Of a stretch of DNA of 64,000 bases, positions 17,904 through 26,333 are shown piece by piece. Numbering within the stretch: the first letter of the stretch is position 1; each line of letters opens with the position of its first letter. The position numbers and the translations under genes were made by a program. The stretch spans positions 32,001-96,000 of IMG/VR virus record IMGVR_UViG_3300033076_001139. The stretch is one strand, 5' to 3'. The notes under the pieces are model-generated. The model ran no database searches, was not told where the DNA came from, and saw only the letters and a program-made list of their open reading frames with translations. This DNA comes from a virus. Lineage: Duplodnaviria; Caudoviricetes.

Positions 17904-18275
17904 TCACTTCTGCGTGAGTCCATCAGGCCGGTCTCCCGCCTCAATCTTGTAGCCGTGAGCCATCCACGCTTCCCTCTTGATGTTGCGGAACCAGTCTGCG
18001 ACGGTCGGGATAATTCCGCCGCAGTCTTCCTTGATGTGCTGCTCGCAGATGTAGCGAACATGCACCTTTTTGCCGTCCGAGTTGGTAATGTCCATCCCGA
18101 ACACCCGCTCGGCCTCGTAGATGCCCTGCGAGTGATGACGAAGGGCGCGATGGCGGTAATCCGCGAACGTCTCCTTCGTCGCATCCAGCCAAGCGTGGAC
18201 GGGGATGTAGTCCTCCTCCTTACCGCCCCAAATCTTCACACTCGTCTTTGCGTGGTCGCCCGGATGCATGTCCAT
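17904..18275 (-). CDS. DUF6915-like protein
   Basis: HP-HAK-SV--WGG--EDY--H-W-D..HRALRHH--GI---ERVFG. Confidence 0.8.
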   Translation of the reverse strand: MDMHPGDHAKTSVKIWGGKEEDYIPVHAWLDATKETFADYRHRALRHHSQGIYEAERVFGMDITNSDGKKVHVRYICEQHIKEDCGGIIPTVADWFRNIKREAWMAHGYKIEAGDRPDGLTQK

Positions 18276-18385
18276 GCTTCTCCTCGTTTTGCTTTTCAAG
18301 GGCGTCAGCAATTCGTTCCAGCGCACGGACTAGGCGCGGGAGTTGGCCGTCAAAGAACTGACGACCCAAGTTTGTGAAGGGCCAG

Positions 18386-18886
18386 TCAACCGGCATCGGC
18401 CAGTTCTTCCGGTGTGAGGTTGTGGTGGAAGTCCTCGGTCGTCATCACGTATTCCGAGTGATCCACCTTGATCCCTTCGGCGGTGAAACGCACCGTACCA
18501 AACCCACCCTCGTTGTTCTCCCAGCCGGAGTGCCAGATGGAGACCGCAAAGTGGGCGGCATCCACGAACCACTCCCACATCTCGATCTCGCTCTCGGCCT
18601 CAGTCTCGTCCCACTGATCTGCGGCCGGATTGAATATCTGGCTGAAACCGATGGTCTTGACCTTCTGAGACAGGGCCTTCTCGGCGGCCTTGCCCTTCTT
18701 CTCGCGGCTACCCTTCTTGTTCAACTTGAATGCGTCAAACTCGAACTGACCATTATCACCGCCGCCGTCGTACTTGACGGTCACGTATGCAAGGTTCCCT
18801 GCCGCAAGAATGTCTTTGAGAGGAGAGAGGAACTTCTTGGCCCGCCGATCCTGACGGGCCTTGTACTCTGCGTAGTCGAACGCCAT
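18386..18886 (-). CDS. DUF6878-like protein, paralog 2
   Basis: YDGGGDNGQ and GWENNEGGFG motifs. Confidence 0.75.
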   Translation of the reverse strand: MAFDYAEYKARQDRRAKKFLSPLKDILAAGNLAYVTVKYDGGGDNGQFEFDAFKLNKKGSREKKGKAAEKALSQKVKTIGFSQIFNPAADQWDETEAESEIEMWEWFVDAAHFAVSIWHSGWENNEGGFGTVRFTAEGIKVDHSEYVMTTEDFHHNLTPEELADAG

Positions 18887-19393
18887 TTACTCTTCCCCCA
18901 GTTCGATTTCGTGGCTGTAGCAATCCACGTCAACAATTCGTTCACTGTGCTCCATTTCCATGCGCAGCCGGTCTACATGGACAACGACGTGGCCGTACGA
19001 GCCTTCGTTGATCTCCCAGCCTGGATGCCGCTGCTCCAGCCAGTGGTAGGCCAGCCAGTCAAGGCCGCGCAGGAGCGGAACCATCTGGTCCTCGGAACTT
19101 TCGATCCACTCGTGCTTGTCGTGATCAAACCGTGAGGACGTCACAGTGATCTCAATCTTGGTGTCGGAGAGAAATGCAGTGCGCTCCGCGTGAATGGCAC
19201 GCTGCTCCTCGTCTGCCAATCCCTCAAAGTAGTAGTAACAGTCGGACTGCGGGTCCTCGCCCGGCTTGTAGATGGCGATCTCCTCTACCTGCCCCGAATC
19301 CCCAGACCCTTCGTAGCGAATAACGGCGGCATCGTAGCCGCCGGACTTCAATGCGTTGATGACGTTCCGTAGAACTTTCTTCTCGTGACTCAT
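18887..19393 (-). CDS. DUF6878-like protein, paralog 1
   Basis: YEGSGDSGQ and GWEINEGSYG motifs; GGAGG RBS after class-A site 19424. Confidence 0.8.
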   Translation of the reverse strand: MSHEKKVLRNVINALKSGGYDAAVIRYEGSGDSGQVEEIAIYKPGEDPQSDCYYYFEGLADEEQRAIHAERTAFLSDTKIEITVTSSRFDHDKHEWIESSEDQMVPLLRGLDWLAYHWLEQRHPGWEINEGSYGHVVVHVDRLRMEMEHSERIVDVDCYSHEIELGEE

Positions 19394-19521
19394 GTACCTC
19401 CGCAGGAGTTGTCCCTGCGAAAACTTATGACCTAAAAATAAAATGCTAAAAAGAACGGCCCGATGCGTTGTCGCATCGGGCCGCCCCGCTGTTCCCCGGT
19501 CTCCCAACCAGGGTCAGCGAG

Positions 19522-19836
19522 TTACTCGGCGTTGTAGGCCACGCCGTTGGTGTACGGCTTCTTGGTGGCCTTCACGGACGCTTTGCGGAACTCGGCGTCC
19601 GCCGTCGCCGCTTCCGCCGCGTACTTGGCCTTTTCGGCCTCGAAGCGCGCCTTCTGCGCCTCTGCCTCGGCGACGCGCGCCTGCTGGGCCAGAATGAGGA
19701 GCTGGATGCCGTTGTTGGCCAAGCCGACCAACGCCGCGGTGTTGCTCTTCTGGATCTCGGCCTGGATCTCAGCCAGGCGGATGAGCGTATCGCCGCTGAT
19801 CTCGGTCTTTGCGGTGATGCTGATGTTGTTGAGCAT
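19522..19836 (-). CDS. Ala-rich coiled-coil protein
   Basis: own class-A promoter, AAGGAG RBS, terminator. Confidence 0.8.
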   Translation of the reverse strand: MLNNISITAKTEISGDTLIRLAEIQAEIQKSNTAALVGLANNGIQLLILAQQARVAEAEAQKARFEAEKAKYAAEAATADAEFRKASVKATKKPYTNGVAYNAE

Positions 19837-20051
19837 GGTAGTCTCTCCTTGGAAAAGAGTTTATTGCGACAGGGCTACCATTCCTGCGCTATATACTTAT
19901 GGCAGGATTTGCCTATATTTTTAGGCTAAAAGAAATCCCAGACGGCGCGCTTATACGCGCAGCACCCCGTCGGGTGCCGGTCTCATCGTTTGCAGACGGC
20001 CACGTGCGTAGGGCGCATTCTGCGAACCGATGCTGGGATTCCTGAATTGTT

Positions 20052-20324
20052 TTAGTACTCCGCGTAGCCGCGCCAGTCGCGGCGGACGGTACGCAGGTGA
20101 CCCTGCACCTCTGCCTCGCGGTAGAGGGCCTGCTGGGCGGCCCGGCGGTCACGCTTGACCCCCTGAAGGGTTCCGTACGCCATGTAGATAACCGTGGCGC
20201 CCGTCATGCCGAGGAGCCACGGCACGCCGCCGAGGCCTGACCAGTCGATCGGCGGGGCGTGCTCCGCCGCATCTTGGTAGTTATTAACGATGGCCACGGC
20301 GAGGTTGGTAACGAAGTCGAACAT
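20052..20324 (-). CDS. membrane protein
   Basis: own class-A promoter, GGAGGAG RBS, hydrophobic helix. Confidence 0.75.
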   Translation of the reverse strand: MFDFVTNLAVAIVNNYQDAAEHAPPIDWSGLGGVPWLLGMTGATVIYMAYGTLQGVKRDRRAAQQALYREAEVQGHLRTVRRDWRGYAEY

Positions 20325-20453
20325 TGGTTTCTCTCCATGAGCGGGAGACAGGTTCAGCCGAACAAAGGAAGCCAATTCTTCCTGTTCATTATATTATGAC
20401 CGATTCTTGCCCTTATTTTAGGGCCATGGTAGGCTCCTAAAACCGGAGGCAAA

Positions 20454-20558
20454 ATGTACCGAGTCATCTCCCGCACCGCGTTCGCGCTGACGTTTACCGC
20501 CGTATTTGCGGCCCTCATGGTCAAGCGATCCTACGAGGATTGGAAAGCCGTGCGGTGA
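20454..20558 (+). CDS. 34-aa hydrophobic peptide (not in ORF track)
   Basis: GGAGG RBS; MYRVISRTAFALTFTAVFAALMVK... Confidence 0.5.
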   Translation: MYRVISRTAFALTFTAVFAALMVKRSYEDWKAVR

Positions 20559-20570
20559 TATACTCGGCGC

Positions 20571-20867
20571 ATGAAAGTCGCCGACCACCCGCATGACCGC
20601 CTACAGGAACGCACCCTCATCGCGCCCAAGGAACTGGATGCGCTGATTGACCGTGTGCGCGAAATGAAGCTCGACCCCAAGAAGACCTACCACTACGAGT
20701 GGCCGGATCGTGGGTATGCGGTCATTGCCCCTGCGCGAAAGGGCTATGACAAGCACGTGGTCAAGACCGTACTTGCGCCTCGTATGAAGCCGCCTGGGGA
20801 GAAAGTGGCCGGAATGTACCGGGCGTTCTTTGACGAGCTATTTTGCATCCTTGACAGGGCGTGCTAG
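20571..20867 (+). CDS. small protein with KVA/AFFDEL motifs, possibly RelE/BECR-like fold
   Basis: H-xDRLxER N-terminal helix and VVKTV C-terminal strand; TATACT-N6-ATG leaderless start. Confidence 0.65.
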   Translation: MKVADHPHDRLQERTLIAPKELDALIDRVREMKLDPKKTYHYEWPDRGYAVIAPARKGYDKHVVKTVLAPRMKPPGEKVAGMYRAFFDELFCILDRAC

Positions 20868-20899
20868 CCTCTCCACGCCCGAGAGGGCAAGGAGAATAA

Positions 20900-21184
20900 A
20901 TGTCAGAGAATACGAAGAAGGCGCTGATCGCGCTCATCGCGTTCGTCGGCGGCCTGCTCAGTGGTCTCGTCGGCGCTCCCTACGCTGGCCTTGTCGAGGC
21001 CGGCACGAAGGCTGCCACCGAGGTAGTCGAGGCCGTCCCCACGAAGGAGGAGGCTCCTGCTGCCCCCGCCGAGTCTGCTGCTCCGGCAGAGGCCCCGGTA
21101 GCCGAGGAGGCTGCGAAGCCCGCAGAGGCTGCCCCGGTAGCTGCTCCGGTAGCGGCCCCCGCGCCCGTACCTGCGGCCAAGTAA
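20900..21184 (+). CDS. membrane-anchored Ala/Pro/Glu-rich protein (holin or spanin candidate)
   Basis: N-terminal TM helix, AAGGAG RBS, near the endolysin. Confidence 0.65.
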   Translation: MSENTKKALIALIAFVGGLLSGLVGAPYAGLVEAGTKAATEVVEAVPTKEEAPAAPAESAAPAEAPVAEEAAKPAEAAPVAAPVAAPAPVPAAK

Positions 21185-21190
21185 AACAAA

Positions 21191-21228
21191 GAAGGGCCGG
21201 GAGAATCTCTCCCGGCCCTTCGCTTTTC
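21191..21228. terminator. bidirectional intrinsic terminator
   Basis: gaagggccgggaga-atc-tctcccggcccttc between convergent genes. Confidence 0.85.
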
Positions 21229-21239
21229 TGCCTACGTCA

Positions 21240-21437
21240 CTACGCCTTGTCGCTCACAAAGACGTTCAGCTCACGGGCTGCCTTGATGACGTCCGAGACG
21301 TCAAACGCAGGCCACTCGCCCGTCTCTTTGTTGTCCTTGAGGGACGCCTGAAACTTGCCCTGAGCATTGGTGACGACGATCTGGTACGCGAGGTGCAGCA
21401 GGTCCTCGCGGATCTGATATCCGCTCTTCTCGGCCAT
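21240..21437 (-). CDS. conserved-type small phage protein (IREDLLHLA...VIKAARELNVFVS)
   Basis: AGGAG RBS. Confidence 0.75.
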   Translation of the reverse strand: MAEKSGYQIREDLLHLAYQIVVTNAQGKFQASLKDNKETGEWPAFDVSDVIKAARELNVFVSDKA

Positions 21438-21603
21438 AGTAATACTCCTGTCTGTGTGTCGCCACAGGATCTCCCGTGACGTGCAGGATGTAATAAGCCC
21501 GCCGATACGGCGCAACTCCGACTAATCCGAAATACGTCGCTCTGGGCAGAGACAGGGTTATGCTACAGTCCGTACAGCCCCGTCTCATCGTGGAGCAACG
21601 ATC

Positions 21604-22308
21604 GTGACCCCAACGTCCGCCCAAAAGCACGTCATCGACTGCGTTCTATCTATCTTTGAGACGGGGCGTATTCCTACCCCCGCTAGTTACGGCACGTGCA
21701 CAATCCTGAAGGATGGGGCCGGTATTTCGTACGGCAAGCACCAGTGCACCGACCGCGCAGGCAGCCTTGACCTCGTCGTGAAGCGGTACATCGCCAAGGG
21801 CGGCACACACTCGCAGTCGCTTAAGGACTTCCTGCCTTACCTAGCGGCAAACAAGTCCTGTGCGGAGGTGCCGGGCGGTAAGTACTCGACTGAGACGCAG
21901 ACCCTGATCAATCTTCTAAAGGCGGCTGGCCTTGACCCCGTCATGCAGGCCGCTCAGGATGAGATCTTTGATGAGGTCTATTTTACACCGGCCCTCAACC
22001 ATGCAGCCTCTGCTGGCGTCGGCAAGGCACTTAGTCTTCTCGTCATTTACGACACCTGCATCCATTCAGGGCCCGGTGGGGTGGCCCTGATTCGGAACCT
22101 ATTCCCTGAGAAGAGCCCGGCAGGCGGCGGTAACGAGGAGGCCTGGGTTCGGGCCTACCTAAACGCGCGACGGACATGGCTTGCTAAAAATAGCAATCCA
22201 CTCGTGCAAAAAACCGTGTACCGTATCGACGCCCTGCTTGCGCTGGTTAACGCAGGCAACTGGGAATTACGGACACCCGTGCGCGTGTGCGGGGTCGTGA
22301 TTCCCTGA
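21604..22308 (+). CDS. GH46 chitosanase/lysozyme-fold endolysin
   Basis: SIFETG...DGAGISYG-xQ-T...QAAQD-xFD--YF-PA...IYDT-IHSG. Confidence 0.8.
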   Translation: MTPTSAQKHVIDCVLSIFETGRIPTPASYGTCTILKDGAGISYGKHQCTDRAGSLDLVVKRYIAKGGTHSQSLKDFLPYLAANKSCAEVPGGKYSTETQTLINLLKAAGLDPVMQAAQDEIFDEVYFTPALNHAASAGVGKALSLLVIYDTCIHSGPGGVALIRNLFPEKSPAGGGNEEAWVRAYLNARRTWLAKNSNPLVQKTVYRIDALLALVNAGNWELRTPVRVCGVVIP

Positions 22309-22700
22309 TGGAGCGTCCGATGGTCTGGATTTCTGTGGCCGCACTTGCTGGCCTACTCGCGGGTGGCGGGGCTGTGTTCGGCATTATGCATCGCCAAGAG
22401 CCCCCTCTTACGGAGCCCGACACCACAGCCGAGGGTCAGGCATTTGCCGTGGCCTCTCTGACAAATCTAGATATCGTGCAAGGAGTCTGCGACCCCTCGT
22501 ACATTAAGGAACGCGGGGATGGCCTCTGCCGCGAGATGTACTGCATGGCACAGGCCAACTCCACGACGGGTGCGGCTGGCGAAAAGATGTGCGACGCGGT
22601 AAGCAACGTGAACAATTCGCTCGTCATTATTGAGGCCTGCCTCAAGCTCGACGGGCAAGCTCGGCTGGACTGCCTGACGGTATTCCGCGAGCGCAAGTAA
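22308..22700 (+). CDS. TM-anchored Cys-rich periplasmic protein (lysis accessory candidate)
   Basis: TGATG coupling to the endolysin; N-terminal TM; 6 Cys. Confidence 0.7.
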   Translation: MERPMVWISVAALAGLLAGGGAVFGIMHRQEPPLTEPDTTAEGQAFAVASLTNLDIVQGVCDPSYIKERGDGLCREMYCMAQANSTTGAAGEKMCDAVSNVNNSLVIIEACLKLDGQARLDCLTVFRERK

Positions 22701-22797
22701 GCTGCCGCCCCTGCTGTTGGACCTCCATACAACATCATTCTCGGCAGCAGGGGCGGTTTACTTGCTAAAAAGAGGGCCACAGGCGCCCTCAACCCCT

Positions 22798-23262
22798 CTA
22801 CAGACTCGCAAGCACCGCCATTTGCTTGGCGGCATACTTGCGAGCCCTAGGCCCCTTTCCGTTGTACTTGCGGAACATCTCCCGCTCGGAAGCAGAAGAG
22901 TCCCGCAGTCGCCGGAGGATAGCGGCGGAATATCTGAGGTTGGACTCGGGATCCCACATCTCCCATCCGTCGGGGGACGACCCAAGAGTCTCCGACCAGA
23001 CCCTCGGATGGATCTGGGCCAGGCCGATCTCGCCCGCAGAGCCGCGGGCGGAGGCATTACAGCCTGACTCGCGCCAGACTGTGACGGCCAACCACGCGGG
23101 CTTAATTCCGGCCTCGGCCGCGGCATCCTCGATCATGAACCCCAGCCCTTCTGGGTAGGGGTGAGTGCACCCCTGAACCCAAGGTTCAGGGGTGCACTCA
23201 CCGAGGTCGACAGAGGCGGGTTCGACGGCCGGCTCTGTGCAGGAAAGAAGAAACAGAAGCAT
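22798..23262 (-). CDS. lytic transglycosylase (SLT) with lipoprotein-like N-terminus
   Basis: RESGCN-xARG..GEIGLAQI...N...YNG; MLLFLLSC. Confidence 0.85.
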   Translation of the reverse strand: MLLFLLSCTEPAVEPASVDLGECTPEPWVQGCTHPYPEGLGFMIEDAAAEAGIKPAWLAVTVWRESGCNASARGSAGEIGLAQIHPRVWSETLGSSPDGWEMWDPESNLRYSAAILRRLRDSSASEREMFRKYNGKGPRARKYAAKQMAVLASL

Positions 23263-23316
23263 GTGTCCTCCGGGGCAGAATGGCTTTCTGCTCCAGATAC
23301 TTATGCCTTCCTTTTC

Positions 23317-24393
23317 TTACTTCTTTACGATCACCGTCTTGCCGGCCGTCTGCTCTCCCGAGCCGCGCCAGTAAGGAAGCAGCCACTTGTGGATCAAGTG
23401 CCGCTTCTTCTCACCTTCTCCCTTTGTAGCGAGAACGGGCTGCTCCTCTGGGTTCGAGACCCAGTAGGAGTGGATGTGCCCCGCCACAATGTGACGAGCC
23501 ACGTCCTTTTCTCCTCCCGAACTGCTGGCACGTTGAGAAGCGCGGGCCTTCTCGCTCAGACGCAGGATCGTGTGTGCCAGCACCGAGCGTCCCTTGGAGT
23601 TTTCTCGCTCCCGCTCACGGCGTGCCTTGCGATCATTTCCGCGCAAGTGCGGAACGTAGTCCTCTCGGACCTCCGTGATTTGCCCGCGAGTACGCTGCAA
23701 TAGGTAGAGCAGGTTCGTGACCATGTAGATCAGTTCCTGCTGTCCCAGCTGATCAACAGTGGCGTCCGTGAGCTTGAGCGGCTCACCTGGAAGCAGATGG
23801 AACGTGAACAAAGCATCATCCTGCGGCGGCAGGTTGTTCTTGTTCGCGTAGTCCGCTTTCTTGTCCTCGCCCACGGCAACGACCGTCACTGCCGGTTCCT
23901 GCGTAAGCAGCGACATGTCCACGTCATCCCGCTCGACCTTCTCCCGACGACGAGCGGGGTCCGCGTAGCACCGAACGAGATTCTTCGTGAGATAGAAGCC
24001 CTCGATTCGGTGGTTCCCGGACTGATTGTTGTGGATCTCGAAGCACGGCGGGATGGCTACATACATCCCACTGACCGGGACTTCCGGGAGGAGATCAAAG
24101 TTCTCCATCGGAGGCCGGGTGTTTACCAGTGCCCACGCCAGATCCTCATCGAGGATGTAGATGGGCTGGTTGCTCGCGACCCACGAGAAAAGGGCATGCA
24201 CCGCCAGGACCTGCGTGTGATCCGCGATGTGCCCCATGCCCTGCGCCTCGGCCAGAGTGATCAGCATGACGCCGACCTCTTCCGCCGTAACGGGCCGACC
24301 CCCATAGACTTCCTTCAGGAAATCCATGACGCGGTCGGCTCCGCGCAGGTATTTCTCAGGATGCTGCGTGCTACGCAGCTTGTGACCTGCCAT
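23317..24393 (-). CDS. hypothetical phage protein with C-terminal RHxVxGHxxxYW...WxxPYWRG motif
   Basis: about 358 aa, GGAG RBS. Confidence 0.8.
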   Translation of the reverse strand: MAGHKLRSTQHPEKYLRGADRVMDFLKEVYGGRPVTAEEVGVMLITLAEAQGMGHIADHTQVLAVHALFSWVASNQPIYILDEDLAWALVNTRPPMENFDLLPEVPVSGMYVAIPPCFEIHNNQSGNHRIEGFYLTKNLVRCYADPARRREKVERDDVDMSLLTQEPAVTVVAVGEDKKADYANKNNLPPQDDALFTFHLLPGEPLKLTDATVDQLGQQELIYMVTNLLYLLQRTRGQITEVREDYVPHLRGNDRKARRERERENSKGRSVLAHTILRLSEKARASQRASSSGGEKDVARHIVAGHIHSYWVSNPEEQPVLATKGEGEKKRHLIHKWLLPYWRGSGEQTAGKTVIVKK

Positions 24394-24580
24394 AGAAACT
24401 CCGTGCCCGCTTCTCTGCGGCGGGCTTGTTTGCGTAGTGGTACCCAAAGGCGAGGAACAGCTCCTCGTCTCCGATCAGGTAATTGCCCTTCACCGAGCGA
24501 AAGGCTTCATGCGTCGGGCCGTAGAGCAGGCCCGACTTGGTACGCCGCGCGAGGATCCACCTGCCGTCAACGCAGATCAT
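24371..24580 (-). CDS. hypothetical protein
   Basis: coupled chain. Confidence 0.6.
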   Translation of the reverse strand: MICVDGRWILARRTKSGLLYGPTHEAFRSVKGNYLIGDEELFLAFGYHYANKPAAEKRARSFYGRSQAA

Positions 24581-25008
24581 TCCTCGCCCTCCGTGAACCA
24601 GAACTGGAGGAATTCGGTGACCCAAGATTCCGTCCGGTAGCGGAGGACTTCAACCTCGTCGCTGTGCGCGGCCACCCACGGGGAGCCGTTGATGAACTCG
24701 GTGAGACCGCCGAAGCCCATGTTGGGTTCTGCGTACTCATGGAGGAGCTTCAGGGTAGGGAACCTTGCCGCGAGAGCGGGGACAAGGACCTGATCCTCTT
24801 CCCACTCGGTCTCGAACTCGTAGACGATGCGGCCGGGCTCGTCGGCGATGACGTCCAGCGACCAGGAGCTGACGGGGGCCTCGACCCCCAGCTTGGCGGC
24901 GAGGGCCGCCACGTCGAAGGCCTTCTCAGCCTGGACGAACTTGATGAACTCTTCGATATCGGACTGCGCACCGAGCGCAGTAATCTGCTGGAAGCAGTAG
25001 TTAGACAC
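24577..25008 (-). CDS. DUF1281/YubB ferredoxin-like domain protein
   Basis: MSNYC...YEFETEW...LAARFPTL---EYAEPNMGFGG. Confidence 0.7.
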   Translation of the reverse strand: MSNYCFQQITALGAQSDIEEFIKFVQAEKAFDVAALAAKLGVEAPVSSWSLDVIADEPGRIVYEFETEWEEDQVLVPALAARFPTLKLLHEYAEPNMGFGGLTEFINGSPWVAAHSDEVEVLRYRTESWVTEFLQFWFTEGEE

Positions 25009-25132
25009 AGAACCTCCCTATGAAGGCGGAATTGCCTTCATTTATTTATGACCTAAAAACAAAGACCCTGTTCGGCTGCTGAGCCTCGCACTTCCCGTCC
25101 CTCACGGGCCGAGCAGGGTCTTTGTCGTCGAA

Positions 25133-25347
25133 TGGAGGAGACAAGGGGAATTGCACCCCAACACCTTGTGTGTACAGTCCTACTGAGATACCGTGCGTAC
25201 AGCCGTAGTCGTTACAGGCCTCGTCACACCCATCCCTGGTCCGCGAGAGTTGCCCCTCTCAGCGCCCACCAGTAAGATCATTTTCGAACCGTGGCGTCCC
25301 TTGGAGTTTCTAAGGCTCCGGACGGCAACTTTGCCGTTTCTGTCTCC
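25133..25347 (-). ncRNA. 215-nt tRNA-like structured RNA with encoded CCA
   Basis: GGAGACA/TGTCTCC-T-CCA acceptor, GGGG-TGCAATT-CCCC T arm, own class-A promoter and downstream terminator, no credible ORF. Confidence 0.75.
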
Positions 25348-25377
25348 TCTTTCTTATGGCAGGAAGAACGCCGTCTT

Positions 25378-25926
25378 TTAGACGTTCTTCAGCGACAACG
25401 GAAATGACCGAGCCATCGTCCGACGCATGTCGGACTTCAGGACTTCAGCCATGACCGTGCGCTCCTTGGTCTTGCGACGAGCACCGATGATGAGCTGCGC
25501 CACGGTGTATCGATCAGTGCCCTGCGCAATACGGGCCAGCGTCGTCTGCTTGCCTGACTTGCTCTTGGAGATGATCCGCACGTACTTCGTGTCGGGTGCC
25601 TGCGCCTCCCAGGCAATGTCGTTGAGACGCCGAACGATGTCCGGATCTTCCCACGACGCCCCACCAACGGGGGTCGCCGCAACAGTCTCTTCCGCCTGGG
25701 GCTCTACCACCACTTCCACGGGCTCAGCCGGCCGCAGATCGAGGACCAGCGCGGAGAGCTTCTCGATGACCGTCTTGGTCACGTAGACGGGGTCGGTCGT
25801 GCCGTCAAAAACCCAGAAACCCTCTCCGTCCTCCAGGCTCGTGTACGCGCCGTGGTCACGGAACTTCTTCTCACCAACGGCCTTGTAGGCCGCGAACAAT
25901 TTCTTCGCTTCATTCGTATCGAGCAC
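25378..25926 (-). CDS. hypothetical protein
   Basis: GGGAG RBS, class-A site 25970. Confidence 0.75.
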   Translation of the reverse strand: MLDTNEAKKLFAAYKAVGEKKFRDHGAYTSLEDGEGFWVFDGTTDPVYVTKTVIEKLSALVLDLRPAEPVEVVVEPQAEETVAATPVGGASWEDPDIVRRLNDIAWEAQAPDTKYVRIISKSKSGKQTTLARIAQGTDRYTVAQLIIGARRKTKERTVMAEVLKSDMRRTMARSFPLSLKNV

Positions 25927-25986
25927 GAGTCTCCCTGACGGCAGGAGGTAATTCCCCTGCCGTCAGAGACTTATGCCCGAAATACT

Positions 25987-26247
25987 TCAGGCTTCCTGCC
26001 AGGTGCTGGTGGCGTGGTTGAGCGTGTAGACCTTGCCCTTACGGACGATGGTCACGACGTTATCTAGCCACGAGCTGTCCTCGGAGTGAATAGCGGTGAA
26101 GTTGCCGCCCTCGCTCTCAAGAAGGCCGTAACGGATGGCGTTGTACTTGTTGGCGCGAACGCAGACGAGCTTCTCCTGGCCAGCGACGAACGAGTCGCCG
26201 ACAACAGGGAAGTAGGTCTTGCGTGATAGTGAGCCCTTGCGTGCCAT
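25987..26247 (-). CDS. hypothetical protein
   Basis: AGGAG RBS. Confidence 0.75.
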   Translation of the reverse strand: MARKGSLSRKTYFPVVGDSFVAGQEKLVCVRANKYNAIRYGLLESEGGNFTAIHSEDSSWLDNVVTIVRKGKVYTLNHATSTWQEA

Positions 26248-26333
26248 TTGAAACTCCTGTGAAAAATGCCTTTTCGGCATTTTGCCTATAAACAGGGCTG
26301 GTCATTTTGGCGAGCGCGGATAGATAGATTTTT

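Noticed and set aside
19960-20000. Hammerhead ribozyme (CGATGAG on the minus strand)
   Set aside because: No CTGANGA/GAAA core pair in the proper arrangement
23797-25023. 408-aa plus-strand ORF
   Set aside because: Antisense shadow of three well-formed minus-strand genes in GC-rich sequence
25133-25347. Canonical tmRNA or group I intron-containing tRNA
   Set aside because: No G3:U70/A73, no evident tag frame, short length; an AACGACTA R-like element is present but no matching S element was found
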